31,819 nucleotides of DNA from a virus (IMGVR_UViG_3300032239_000553:1-31819); one strand, 5' to 3'; shown: positions 7,991 to 17,647, numbered from the stretch's first letter. Notes: generated from the sequence alone by a model not told the origin. Numbers and translations are program-made.

Positions 7991-9325
7991 ATGCCCAACC
8001 CCCAGACCTCATCGCCCGATGTGGAGCGTTACCTTTTAGGAGTCATCCTGCGCGATGCCCTGCCTTTACCTCCCGGCCTTATCCCTTCGGACTTCACGGA
8101 GCCAAAGCATCAAGACATCGCCTCCGTTATCATCGCTTTAGCGGACGATAACATAGCCGCCGATGAACTCACCGCCACCATGCGGCTCCGAGAACGTAAG
8201 TCACCCGCCGAAGCGTTCTATCTCTCCGAACTGACAACCGCCGTCAGTCATTCCGCGCTTAATCCCGCTTGGGCTGAAGAACTCAAACGGCTCTCCGCAC
8301 TTCGCACCATCGCCACCATCACGGCGAAGGCCACGGAACTCGCCAACGACCCCGCCTCCGATCCATCTTCCATCCTCGCTTACACCGAAGGTTCTTTCCA
8401 ATCCGTCCGGCATCGCACCCAAAAGATAGGTGGCCCGGTTCGCATGGACGAGGCCGCCCTACTCGCCTTTGACCGCAAGGACGACCCAAACACCGTCCTT
8501 GGCAACCGTTGGCTCTGCAAGGGTGGCTCCGCTCTCATAGTTTCCCAAGCTGGGGTCGGAAAGTCATCCCTCATGATGCAAGCGGCTATTCATTGGGCGG
8601 CGGGTAAGGATTTCTTCGGCATTAAAGCCAAGCGACCCCTTCGCATAGTCATATGCCAGGCTGAGAACGATTTTGGGGATGTCGCCGAGAGCTTCATTGA
8701 TTGCCATACCGGGGCGAAACTCTTTCCCGATGAGCGTGCCAATGTAACCGAGAACCTCGCTATCTTCCGGGATACCACATCGGTCGGAGCCGACTTTCCC
8801 GATATGCTCCGAACCCTCATCGTGAACCATCGCGCGGATCTCGTCTTTGTTGACCCACTCCTCTCGTTTGCAGGGATTAACATCGCCGACCAAGAGCAAG
8901 CCACCCGCTTCCTCCGCCACGATTTAAACAAGGTTCTTGTGGAAACCCAAGCCGTCCTGATTGCCATGCACCACACCACCAAGCCCCGCTCCGCCAAGGA
9001 TAAGGAAGGCCAGACCATCGCCGACCTTGCCTATTCTGGGGCAGGATCGTCCGAGTTCGTTAATTACTTCCGTGAGGTTGCCGTCCTTGTCCGTCAAGAG
9101 GGGGAGCAACCCATTTTTAAATTTGGCCTTACCAAACGCCGTGGACGCGCTGGCCTCAAGGACATCAACGGCGATTTTGCCGGGGAAATCACCATCCGAC
9201 ATTCCCGCATCCCGGGAGAAATCCGATGGGAGTATGCCAACCCCGAGCCAATCCAGACCCCAGCCGAGTTGCCAGCACCCCAAAAGACTGCCGTAAAGGG
9301 GTCGCCAAGGCGTTCTGAGTGGTAA
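7991..9325 (+). CDS. Replicative helicase: DnaB-like N-terminal domain + AAA_25/RepA-like ATPase
   Basis: ERYLLGVIL...DF..PKHQ.I (DnaB-N); Walker A SQAGVGKS; QAEN; VFVDPL; HHTTK; GSS. Confidence 0.85.
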   Translation: MPNPQTSSPDVERYLLGVILRDALPLPPGLIPSDFTEPKHQDIASVIIALADDNIAADELTATMRLRERKSPAEAFYLSELTTAVSHSALNPAWAEELKRLSALRTIATITAKATELANDPASDPSSILAYTEGSFQSVRHRTQKIGGPVRMDEAALLAFDRKDDPNTVLGNRWLCKGGSALIVSQAGVGKSSLMMQAAIHWAAGKDFFGIKAKRPLRIVICQAENDFGDVAESFIDCHTGAKLFPDERANVTENLAIFRDTTSVGADFPDMLRTLIVNHRADLVFVDPLLSFAGINIADQEQATRFLRHDLNKVLVETQAVLIAMHHTTKPRSAKDKEGQTIADLAYSGAGSSEFVNYFREVAVLVRQEGEQPIFKFGLTKRRGRAGLKDINGDFAGEITIRHSRIPGEIRWEYANPEPIQTPAELPAPQKTAVKGSPRRSEW

Positions 9326-9372
9326 GGGGATATACTCCCCCCAATCACCCCCCCATACCCCCTTTAGAATGG

Positions 9373-9409
9373 CGACACTACACCGTCAGACCCTCCGACA
9401 CTACACCGT
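9373..9409. repeat. Two 14-bp direct repeats CGACACTACACCGT (9373-9386, 9396-9409), possible iterons
   Basis: Exact repeats in the intergenic gap after the helicase, followed by inverted repeats. Confidence 0.8.
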
Positions 9410-9503
9410 AATATACCTAAAGGTATATAGGGAATACTTCCCTACGCTTACGCTCGGTCGTATTTCCCTTTTCGAATCCAACCCATAAGGGGTCAAAATC
9501 TCG

Positions 9504-9875
9504 ATGGGCAAACTTACTCGGCATCAAATCCGCACCATGCGGAAGAAACAAAGATGGGGACTCCTTTGGAAGAACGAACCTGCCAAGATGGAAGCCCACC
9601 GATCTAACGCCACTATCGAAGCCTCTAAGGAATACGCGAGACGCGCTGACCTCATCCGAGACATAGTAACCCGGTGGCCTCCGACCATGACCACCGAACA
9701 ATTCAACCAACGATGCCAGACCATCGCCCAAACCAAACCCATCAAACCCCGGTGCGTTCGGAATAAGATCATAAGACTCGGCATCCTCACTTACTCCCAG
9801 GACATTCGCCTTTGGGTCAATCATATCTCATCCGTTGCAAGCAACTTAGAAGATGCTACCAACGATGATAAGTGA
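9504..9875 (+). CDS. Hypothetical basic protein
   Basis: 123-aa ORF whose stop overlaps the GTG of the next gene. Confidence 0.65.
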   Translation: MGKLTRHQIRTMRKKQRWGLLWKNEPAKMEAHRSNATIEASKEYARRADLIRDIVTRWPPTMTTEQFNQRCQTIAQTKPIKPRCVRNKIIRLGILTYSQDIRLWVNHISSVASNLEDATNDDK

Positions 9876-10603
9876 GCGAACCCAAATCATTATCCGCCGA
9901 ATACAATCGATGGTGGAAACGGCTAACGCCAGATGAACGCACCACGCTTATCGAATCGGGAGCGTTCCAAGCTGATGACCCAATCAATGCTTACGTTACT
10001 CTTGGACAAGGCCGCGCCGACGATAATCCTTTCGATTTCCAACGCAACGAAGCCCAATCGTTTAACAGGGTAAGCAACCGCACCGGCTCATTCATTCTTC
10101 CAGATGCAACCACCGTTGATGAAGTCATGGCAAGGGAGGAAGCCATTAACGATCCACGCATCGAGCAACTCGACCTCGCATCCATCCGCTTACGTTCGAC
10201 CCTTCACTTCATCCTCGATGCTCTTGATGGTTCAAGCGATAAGCATATGCGGTTGCACGCTGACATCATTCGCATTGTGGTCGGCGAAGGTAAGCCACCA
10301 CGCATGACGGAGTTAGCCAAGCGGCATGGCATCACTCGATCCGCTGTCTCGCTCCGCTGTCGCAAGTTGCTTAGGCAATTAGGACTCGAACCATCGTGCT
10401 TTATGAGGCCGGAAGCCGATGTGAACGCTATGCGCGTAAGTTCTATCCTTCGGCACGCTGGCATAGCCCCTCCCCCACCCCCCCCCCATAAGGAGTCTCC
10501 TAAAACGGTTTTACGGGGCAAAAAACGCTCGCGTCCCAATGAAAAAGGCACGGATTTAGTTAAAAAACCGAACTATAAACCCAGCGGTAAAAAATGTCGG
10601 TAA
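9872..10603 (+). CDS. Sigma70 region-4-like HTH protein, candidate late-gene activator or phage sigma factor
   Basis: ADIIRIVVGEGKPPRMTELAKRHGITRSAVSLRCRKLLRQL resembles sigma region 4; lies directly upstream of terS. Confidence 0.6.
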   Translation: MSEPKSLSAEYNRWWKRLTPDERTTLIESGAFQADDPINAYVTLGQGRADDNPFDFQRNEAQSFNRVSNRTGSFILPDATTVDEVMAREEAINDPRIEQLDLASIRLRSTLHFILDALDGSSDKHMRLHADIIRIVVGEGKPPRMTELAKRHGITRSAVSLRCRKLLRQLGLEPSCFMRPEADVNAMRVSSILRHAGIAPPPPPPHKESPKTVLRGKKRSRPNEKGTDLVKKPNYKPSGKKCR

Positions 10604-11202
10604 CGCAAGCACAACTTGCCGCGCGTTGGGAACTTTCCAAAGGAAGAATCTCTCAGCTTGTGGCGGATGGGATGCCGCTTGATAGTATCGAGTCCGCCGA
10701 GCGTTGGCGAGCGGCACGTCACATGGCGACCGGGATTGCTCCAAGCAATTATCGGATGGAGCCGTCATCGCCGGAGGAAACCGAAACGCAATCGCTTGAT
10801 GACGAGGCTGGCGAGCGACCGACTACTGTCCTCGAAACCTTCGACAGCATCGTTGAGCGTCAACGCATCCTGGTGCAACTGTCTCGCAATCAATACATCC
10901 AATCTGTCCGGCAGGGGTCGCCCCAACAGTCGAAACTCTATGCTTCTTATGACAAGACGGTCAACACGCTGACCAAGTTGAAGGCGGAGGCCGACAGGCT
11001 TGCCGTCAATAATCGGGAATACATCCGGGCAACTGATGCGGGGGAGGCAATGCGATCTCTTATGTCCGATGTGGTTAACCGATTGGACAAACTCGCGCTT
11101 GATGTTGCCGAAGGGTGCAACCCTGAAAACCCAGCTAAGGCCGTGAAGGTTCTGGACGCATGGGTTCGCAAGGTTCGTTCCGAACTGTCCAAAAATGACT
11201 AA
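10594..11202 (+). CDS. terS: Terminase small subunit (Nu1-like)
   Basis: N-terminal HTH TQAQLAARWELSKGRISQLVADGMP, helical C-terminus; immediately precedes TerL. Confidence 0.8.
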   Translation: MSVTQAQLAARWELSKGRISQLVADGMPLDSIESAERWRAARHMATGIAPSNYRMEPSSPEETETQSLDDEAGERPTTVLETFDSIVERQRILVQLSRNQYIQSVRQGSPQQSKLYASYDKTVNTLTKLKAEADRLAVNNREYIRATDAGEAMRSLMSDVVNRLDKLALDVAEGCNPENPAKAVKVLDAWVRKVRSELSKND

Positions 11203-13018
11203 GGACGAATTGCTTGGAATTGGTCGTGATGTGCTTCGCCCTGCCGACTCCGGGGACATTGTGGAGTGGCTGGAAGCAAATGTTGAAGCCATCCCAGACT
11301 CGCCGATGCCAGGGCCGTTTCGAGCGGATCGCACTCCGTGGATTGCGGAGGCTTTGCGGATAGTCGCCGACCCGGAGTGTAGGATGGTTGTCATCCTTGC
11401 GGGTATCCAAAGCGGTAAATCATTGTTCGCGCGCTTGTTCACTTGTCACATAATCGCCAATGCTCCCGGACCTACCATGGTTCTGCAGGCTACGGATAAT
11501 GAAGCAAAGGATTTTTCCATTAGAAGCCTCCGTCCTATCTGGAATAACTGCCCGCCGGTAAAGGCAAGGTTTCGGGGCGATGACATGGAGCGTTCGACCA
11601 CGGCGGACTTCGACCGCATGACAATTTACTGTCGAGGCATTTATAACGAGTCGAACCTTCAAAGATTGTCGCTTCGCTATGTTATCGCCGATGAATGTTG
11701 GCAAGCCAAGCAAGGGCATTTAGCGGAAGCCGCCGCGCGCGTGACGGCTTTCGGATGGATGGGCAAGATGGTCTATCTTTCGCAAGGCGGAAGGGAAGGG
11801 CAGGAGTTCCATCAGCTCCATGAGCAAACCGACCAAAGGGATTGGAATTTCTGCTGTCCGACTTGTAGCCACATCCAACCTTGGATCTGGTCGCAAGTGC
11901 GGATGCCGGAGGATGCCAAGGTGGGCAAGGAATGGGATTTCATTAAGGTAAGCCAAGGGACAACCTATGAGTGCCAATCGTGCAAAACGAAATTGACGGA
12001 CAACAATGCCACCCGGATGGAAGCCAATTCAAAGGGGAAGTTTATCGCCACGTCGAAATCATCAAATGCAAGTTATGTCGGTTTGCATTGGAACTCGTTG
12101 GCCTCGATGAGCTGGGGCGAGTTAGCCGTGATGTGGCTCAAAGCCCAAGAATCGCTCGAAGAATATGGGGATGAGGAACCGATGCGGATATTCATTCAAA
12201 AGCGGCTTGCCAATGTGTTCAAGGAACAGGCGGACGAGATTCAAATCGAAGCGGCAATCGGTGAATTTAAGATGGGGGATGTATGGTCGGAGGAAGGTGG
12301 TTTCGTGAAGGGGCGCCCGGTTCCGTTTTCGCAACTGACCAACGAAATGGTGGAGTCCCCGGACTTTGTGAAAATGCGGTTCATGGGGGTCGATGTTCAG
12401 AAGCGGGGGTTCTATTGGGTCGTGCGTGCCTGGAGCGGCGATGGGCGTTCCCGGCTCATAGATTGCGGGTATTGCTTCACATGGTCGGAAGTCATCGAAG
12501 CCCACAAGCGGAACCGAGTTCACCCCGCCAATGTGTTCGTGGACTCCGGGTATCAGACGGACGAAGTCTTTGCGGCGTGCGCGGCAAACGGCTGGACGGC
12601 GACCAAGGGCGATCAACGTAATGACTTTGCTTGGAAGATACGAACCCCAATCGGGATGAAAACGGAAATGCGACCCTATTCCGTCCCGGTGGTTGAGGCT
12701 ATTGGAAACAAGCGGATTAAGCGGTTCTTCTTTTCCAATCTTCGGCTCAAAGATACCTTGGCGGCGTTGCTTCGCAAAGGGAGGCATCATCGACCCAAGG
12801 ATGCCCCCGAAGCCTACACCGAGCAAATGCAGTCCGAAAAGAGGACGATATCTCAATCGGGGAAACCAATATGGGAACAGATCGGAGACATGGACAACCA
12901 CTTTTGGGACTGCGAAGTTTTGTGCATCCTTCCGGCCTTGGCTTGGCGGCTAACCGGGAAAGCGGAGCTGATAGTGCAGGATGAAGTGATCCAAGATAAT
13001 GAAGCCACGGACACTTGA
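11195..13018 (+). CDS. terL: Terminase large subunit, lambda gpA family
   Basis: PGPFRADRTPW, Walker A GIQSGKS, Walker B VIADE, CPTC/CQSC, GVDVQ, VDSGY, DNHFWDCE. Confidence 0.95.
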   Translation: MTKDELLGIGRDVLRPADSGDIVEWLEANVEAIPDSPMPGPFRADRTPWIAEALRIVADPECRMVVILAGIQSGKSLFARLFTCHIIANAPGPTMVLQATDNEAKDFSIRSLRPIWNNCPPVKARFRGDDMERSTTADFDRMTIYCRGIYNESNLQRLSLRYVIADECWQAKQGHLAEAAARVTAFGWMGKMVYLSQGGREGQEFHQLHEQTDQRDWNFCCPTCSHIQPWIWSQVRMPEDAKVGKEWDFIKVSQGTTYECQSCKTKLTDNNATRMEANSKGKFIATSKSSNASYVGLHWNSLASMSWGELAVMWLKAQESLEEYGDEEPMRIFIQKRLANVFKEQADEIQIEAAIGEFKMGDVWSEEGGFVKGRPVPFSQLTNEMVESPDFVKMRFMGVDVQKRGFYWVVRAWSGDGRSRLIDCGYCFTWSEVIEAHKRNRVHPANVFVDSGYQTDEVFAACAANGWTATKGDQRNDFAWKIRTPIGMKTEMRPYSVPVVEAIGNKRIKRFFFSNLRLKDTLAALLRKGRHHRPKDAPEAYTEQMQSEKRTISQSGKPIWEQIGDMDNHFWDCEVLCILPALAWRLTGKAELIVQDEVIQDNEATDT

Positions 13019-13123
13019 CACCAGCGACCGCCTGGTCACATTTTAGATGCACCCTTTTAATTCGGGCATGGGTTTTGGGGGAAGGCAACGGCAACCGCTC
13101 CAATGGAGTCGGTTCCGTCCGCT

Positions 13124-13139
13124 TTGACTGTGGCGGAGG
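13124..13139 (+). promoter_or_regulatory. Late-gene motif TTGACTGTGGCGGAGG copy 1
   Basis: Exact 16-mer, then TTC and the ATG at 13143. Confidence 0.75.
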
Positions 13140-13142
13140 TTC

Positions 13143-13409
13143 ATGGCTCGTGCAACAGGTTGCTTTTTAATTTTCTCCCAAGCCCGAATTGAATCGATTG
13201 CGGACAAAGCCGCCACGCTTTTATTGGAAGGGAAAACAATGATGAGCTACGGTGACAGCGGGACGAGTGTTTCAAAAACCTTTCCAATGGATATCCAGAC
13301 CGTTTTGATTGAGTGCCGATACGCGCTCCAAATCAAAGACCCGGAGCAATATGGAGCCATCGACCGAGTTCGGGTTTACAATGGACTTTGGAACTTCCGA
13401 GGACTATAA
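13143..13409 (+). CDS. Putative head-completion protein (gpW-like position)
   Basis: 88 aa between terL and portal, as gpW in lambda; helix-hairpin-helix pattern (LLEGKTMMSYGDSGTSVSK). Confidence 0.6.
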   Translation: MARATGCFLIFSQARIESIADKAATLLLEGKTMMSYGDSGTSVSKTFPMDIQTVLIECRYALQIKDPEQYGAIDRVRVYNGLWNFRGL

Positions 13410-13415
13410 GATTTT

Positions 13416-14987
13416 ATGTCACGCAAACCGCTTAAAAAGGCCATTGGGAAATCTATCGGCAAGGCGATAGGCAAGGGCAAAGGCAAACCCCTCAAAGCGC
13501 GCGCCGATGGTTTTGGCGGTGGCGGTTCCGGCATCTTCTCTCAGTTTGAGGGAGCTAAATACTCCAATAAACGCCAATGGGTAAACACGCCATGGCCTGC
13601 GGATGCGAAAAAGACGATGACCACCTTCGATCGTCAAGAACTGACGAGGAAGATGCGATGGTTGTCGGTGAACGCCGGTATGGTGCGTCAACTTATCTCG
13701 GACAATGTTCTTTATTCGATTGCGGACGGTATCAAGGCCCAGGCCGCATCGGGCGACCATGAATGGGATGCCGCCGCCGAAGCTTATTTTAATGAATGGG
13801 CAAGCAAGCCTTGCGAGATATCCGGACGGTTTAATTTTGCCGAAGTGCAACAGATTGCGTGCCGAAAAGTTGATGTAGATGGGGAAATATTCATTTTAAA
13901 AACTTACGCATCGGACGGCTCCCCGATGATCCAGATGATAGAATCTCACCGCATCGGTGCTTCGGCCTCCGCTGTTGGGATGGTTGAGGGAATGTATGAC
14001 GGCATCATGTTCAACAGGTTTGGTGCGGTTGTTGGATATAATGTCATTCGTTCGGACGGCTCCACGCGCTTGGTCAATGCGAACTCGATGCTTCATGTGC
14101 ATCACCCGGAGAATGTAAGCGGGGCAAGGGCATACAGTCCGATGCAACATAGCATCAATAATTTGATTGATATCCTCGAAGTGCTTTCGTTGGAGAAGGT
14201 TGCAGTAAAATCTAACGGTGATATTACACGCACTATCACAAGGGAAAATCCACAATTTGACGGAAGCACCGCCGACTTTGAAGCGTTCGGGATGCGTCCG
14301 CAGGATTACCCCGAAGGCGTTTATAATAACCCAGAGCAAGTCGGTTCCTTTATCGGTGGCAAAATTTTATCACTCGCGCCTGGGGAGAGTCTGGAAAGTT
14401 TCCAAAGCCAAAGACCCAATAGCACTTTTACGGGATTTATAGAACATCTACAGAAAGATAGTGCGGCTGGCATTTTGCCCTATCAATTTTCCATCGACCC
14501 TAACGGCATCGGCGGAGCGGCAATTCGTTTAGTTGTATCGAAAGCCGAGCGTCATTTTGGATCTCGTCAACATATGATGATGACCCGGATGCTTACGCCC
14601 ATTTGGGGCTATGTCATCGGCAACGCTATCTCATCGGGTGCAATCGCTCCGAACGATAACTTCAATAAAGTTAATTGGGTTACCCCTCGCCGGGTAACCG
14701 TCGATGCGGGTCGTGAGGCCGCCGCCAATCAGCGTGACGTGGAAATGGGTTTGAAAACCTTGTCCGACCACTTCTCAGAGCTGGGAATGGATCCGCGCGA
14801 GGAAATCCGCCGCCGAGCGTCCGATGCTCGCTTGGTTATCGATACCGCCAAGGAATTCGATGTCCCTGTCTCCATGATTTACCAACCCGCTTTGAACGCC
14901 GCCGTGGGCATCGATGAAGCGTTGAACAATCATAAATCACCACCCCCCGAAGAACCTTTCGCTCCGTTCCCGGAGTCCAATCCTTAA
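13416..14987 (+). CDS. Portal protein, lambda family
   Basis: R..R.L..N, DGEIFI, GIMFNRFG.VVGY, W.TP...VD.GRE...D...GL.TL...G.DP. Confidence 0.93.
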   Translation: MSRKPLKKAIGKSIGKAIGKGKGKPLKARADGFGGGGSGIFSQFEGAKYSNKRQWVNTPWPADAKKTMTTFDRQELTRKMRWLSVNAGMVRQLISDNVLYSIADGIKAQAASGDHEWDAAAEAYFNEWASKPCEISGRFNFAEVQQIACRKVDVDGEIFILKTYASDGSPMIQMIESHRIGASASAVGMVEGMYDGIMFNRFGAVVGYNVIRSDGSTRLVNANSMLHVHHPENVSGARAYSPMQHSINNLIDILEVLSLEKVAVKSNGDITRTITRENPQFDGSTADFEAFGMRPQDYPEGVYNNPEQVGSFIGGKILSLAPGESLESFQSQRPNSTFTGFIEHLQKDSAAGILPYQFSIDPNGIGGAAIRLVVSKAERHFGSRQHMMMTRMLTPIWGYVIGNAISSGAIAPNDNFNKVNWVTPRRVTVDAGREAAANQRDVEMGLKTLSDHFSELGMDPREEIRRRASDARLVIDTAKEFDVPVSMIYQPALNAAVGIDEALNNHKSPPPEEPFAPFPESNP

Positions 14988-14996
14988 TTTAATAAC

Positions 14997-16208
14997 ATGA
15001 AAAACTTATCCAAAGATTTCAAAGGGCAACGCCCCATCTTAATCCAACCCGCTCAAGCTGAATCGTTCCTTGAACGCGCCGCCTCAGTTCAAGTCCCTTT
15101 GGGGGCTAAAATATCGGACATGAACGATATGCTCGAAGCGGTTTTTGGTGCAAAACCTACCCTTGAAAAATTCCCCCCTTATGCGATTGTCCCGGTCAAA
15201 GGGGTAATTGGTAAGAATGTTTCGACCTTTGAGTCGCTCTGCGGATGTTGCGACATCGAGGACATCGAGGAAATGTTAGAAGATTGCGAGCGGGATGCGT
15301 CCATCACTTGCGTCATTTTGGACATCGACTCACCTGGCGGAACCTCGGTCGGCGTGCCGGAGTTGGCGAACCGCATCAAGAATTACTCTAAGCACACTAT
15401 CGCTTTTACGGAGTCCGAATGTTGCTCGGCGGCATATTGGATCGGGTCGCAAGCAAATGAGTTTTATGCCACGCCGTCATCGGCAATCGGGAGCATCGGT
15501 GTTTACATCGCTTTCCCGGATTTGTCCGAAGCATATAAGATGGAAGGTGTCCGCATGGACATCATCAAGAGCGGCCTGTATAAAGGGGCGGGTATTCCAG
15601 GAACAAGCCTTGATGCAAATCAACGCAAGATGCTTGAAGATGAAGTTAAAGACATCCACGCGGACTTTAAAGCCGCCGTCAAATCGGTGCGCGAATTCGT
15701 TGAGGATGCTTCGATGGAGGGACAATGTTTCTCCGGCAAGCGTGGAGCCGAGGCCGGGCTTGTGACTTCTTTGGTCAACGGTTTTGACGAGTTGATGGTT
15801 TCGCTTGATGCCGCTATTGCCTTCCAAATGGAAGCGGACGAAGAAAATGATGCGCGTGAAGAAGAAGCCGAAGAAGGTTCCGATGAAAGCGATGAAGGCA
15901 CTTCCTATCGCATGGCATCCGATAGGGCTTTGGCTGGCGTTTGTATCGCCGACTTAAAGGCTGGTAGCAAATCCGACCCAACCGACCCAGACGATCCAGA
16001 TTATGACCCAGATGAAGATCCAGATTTAAAAAAGGAAGATGATGGCGTTGAACCTCAACCCGAAGCCGAAGGCGATGGGGAAGGCGATGACGAACCCGAC
16101 CAAGATGAAGCAAACGATGAAGCCGACTCTGGGGATAAAGCCGTTGATACGGACGGAAAGCACAACCGCAAGGGAACCAAGCGGAACAAGGGGAAGCGTC
16201 TCGCTTGA
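14997..16208 (+). CDS. Prohead protease, S49/SppA family (lambda gpC-like), with long acidic tail
   Basis: DIDSPGG, CCSAAYWIGS, GSIGV, SGLYKG. Confidence 0.92.
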   Translation: MKNLSKDFKGQRPILIQPAQAESFLERAASVQVPLGAKISDMNDMLEAVFGAKPTLEKFPPYAIVPVKGVIGKNVSTFESLCGCCDIEDIEEMLEDCERDASITCVILDIDSPGGTSVGVPELANRIKNYSKHTIAFTESECCSAAYWIGSQANEFYATPSSAIGSIGVYIAFPDLSEAYKMEGVRMDIIKSGLYKGAGIPGTSLDANQRKMLEDEVKDIHADFKAAVKSVREFVEDASMEGQCFSGKRGAEAGLVTSLVNGFDELMVSLDAAIAFQMEADEENDAREEEAEEGSDESDEGTSYRMASDRALAGVCIADLKAGSKSDPTDPDDPDYDPDEDPDLKKEDDGVEPQPEAEGDGEGDDEPDQDEANDEADSGDKAVDTDGKHNRKGTKRNKGKRLA

Positions 16209-16220
16209 CTGTGGCGGAGG
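16205..16220 (+). promoter_or_regulatory. Late-gene motif copy 2; its TGA is the protease stop codon
   Basis: TTGACTGTGGCGGAGG followed by TTCAAACTC. Confidence 0.75.
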
Positions 16221-16236
16221 TTCAAACTCAAAGACG

Positions 16237-16698
16237 ATGACTCTCGAACAAACCTTGAAAACGCTTAAATCGGCTTTCACGAATAAGTCCACCGAGGCCG
16301 AGTCCTTGGCAAAGGAAATGAGCGAATTGAAAGCGAAGAACGCAACCCTCGTTGCCGAGTTCTGCGAAGTCTCCGAGAAATTGGAAGCCACCGCCGCTCT
16401 TGCTTCCGAGCGTGATGCCGCCATCGCCAAGGTTGAAGAACTCACCAAAGCTCTCGCCGCTTCCGAGGCCATCAAATCCCAGGCCGCCGCCCAAATCGAA
16501 ACGGTCGGCAAGAAAGCCGCCGCCATCGCCGCAAGCGTTGGAGTCGCCCCGGTGGAAATCTCCGCCGCCGAGTCCGCAATCGCCAAGACTTCCGAGGAAG
16601 TTTGGTCGGAATATTGCACGATGAAGAACCCTGCCGAGAAACTTGCGTTCTATAACAAGAACCGAGCCGCTATCGTTGCCCACTTGGGCATTAAATAA
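16237..16698 (+). CDS. Putative capsid scaffolding protein
   Basis: Ala/Glu/Lys-rich coiled coil of 153 aa between protease and capsid; ATG 16237 follows the motif. Confidence 0.7.
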   Translation: MTLEQTLKTLKSAFTNKSTEAESLAKEMSELKAKNATLVAEFCEVSEKLEATAALASERDAAIAKVEELTKALAASEAIKSQAAAQIETVGKKAAAIAASVGVAPVEISAAESAIAKTSEEVWSEYCTMKNPAEKLAFYNKNRAAIVAHLGIK

Positions 16699-16732
16699 TT
16701 TTCACCAATCACTCACCTATACCTAACCTAAT

Positions 16733-17647
16733 ATGAGCAACAATGTTCTCAATCAAGGCTTGGCCCCGCAATTCGTCGCCGCTGAAACGCTCCGCACGCT
16801 TGTTCCGGTTCTCGCTTCTCTCAACAAGGTCGTCACCACAGACTTCTCGGCATATGTAGCCGAACGGGGTCAGGTAATTCACACCAGATTCGCCAACAGT
16901 TTTACGGCCTCAACCTACGACCGCTCTACCGGCTTCGTCCCTTCGGACGCCGACGCTACTGATGTCGCCATCACGCTTGCCGATCATAATTATGTGTCCG
17001 CATCGTTCACCGACACCGAAGTCGCTACGATCTCGCTCGATATGCTTCGCCGGGTGTTTATTGCGCCTATGGCAAACGCCACCGTCAAGAGTCTCTTTGA
17101 TGCTGTCCTTGCCGAAACGACCATCGCTAATTTCGCCAATGCCGCTTACTCCGGCAACAAGTCGAATTTCACTCGCGCCGCTGTCGCCAATGTCGCCACG
17201 AACTTGACCCTCGGCAATCTGCCTTACAATGACCGTTCGATGCTCCTGTCTCCTGGTGCGTTCGGTCAGTTGCTCCAAGACCCATCCGTGGCTCAATATC
17301 TGAGCATCGGTGACACCTCCGTCATCCGTGACGGCAAGGTCGGTCGCTTGCATGGCATCGACATCTACGAATACAACGGCTTTGCCGCCGCTCCTTCTGG
17401 CGAACACCTCAACGGTATTGCCGGATGTCGCGAAGGCCATGTAATCGTGACCCGCACCCCTGCCGCTCCAACCACGGGTGGTGGCGAGCAAATCTCCGTC
17501 CAAGACCCAGACTCGCAGTTCGCCTTTGCCCTGCGTTCTTGGTATGATTGGACGAAGGGTCTGTCCAGCATCTCGGCTTCGTGGATCGTTGGAACCTCTG
17601 TTGGTAACCCCAACGGCGCGCAACGCATCGTTATCTCCGACCTCTAA
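16733..17647 (+). CDS. Major capsid protein (HK97 fold expected)
   Basis: 304 aa after the scaffold; G..I, R.MLLSP, IRDGKVGRLHGIDIYE patterns; strongly biased codons; followed by a terminator. Confidence 0.85.
   Translation: MSNNVLNQGLAPQFVAAETLRTLVPVLASLNKVVTTDFSAYVAERGQVIHTRFANSFTASTYDRSTGFVPSDADATDVAITLADHNYVSASFTDTEVATISLDMLRRVFIAPMANATVKSLFDAVLAETTIANFANAAYSGNKSNFTRAAVANVATNLTLGNLPYNDRSMLLSPGAFGQLLQDPSVAQYLSIGDTSVIRDGKVGRLHGIDIYEYNGFAAAPSGEHLNGIAGCREGHVIVTRTPAAPTTGGGEQISVQDPDSQFAFALRSWYDWTKGLSSISASWIVGTSVGNPNGAQRIVISDL

Noticed and set aside
13124-13139. Late motif as a sigma54 promoter (TGGC)
   Set aside because: No conserved TTGC at the -12 position in the five copies.
16039-16236. 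Upstream extension of the scaffold ORF overlapping the protease tail
   Set aside because: Off-frame reading of a low-complexity acidic region; the late motif and ATG 16237 mark the likelier start.
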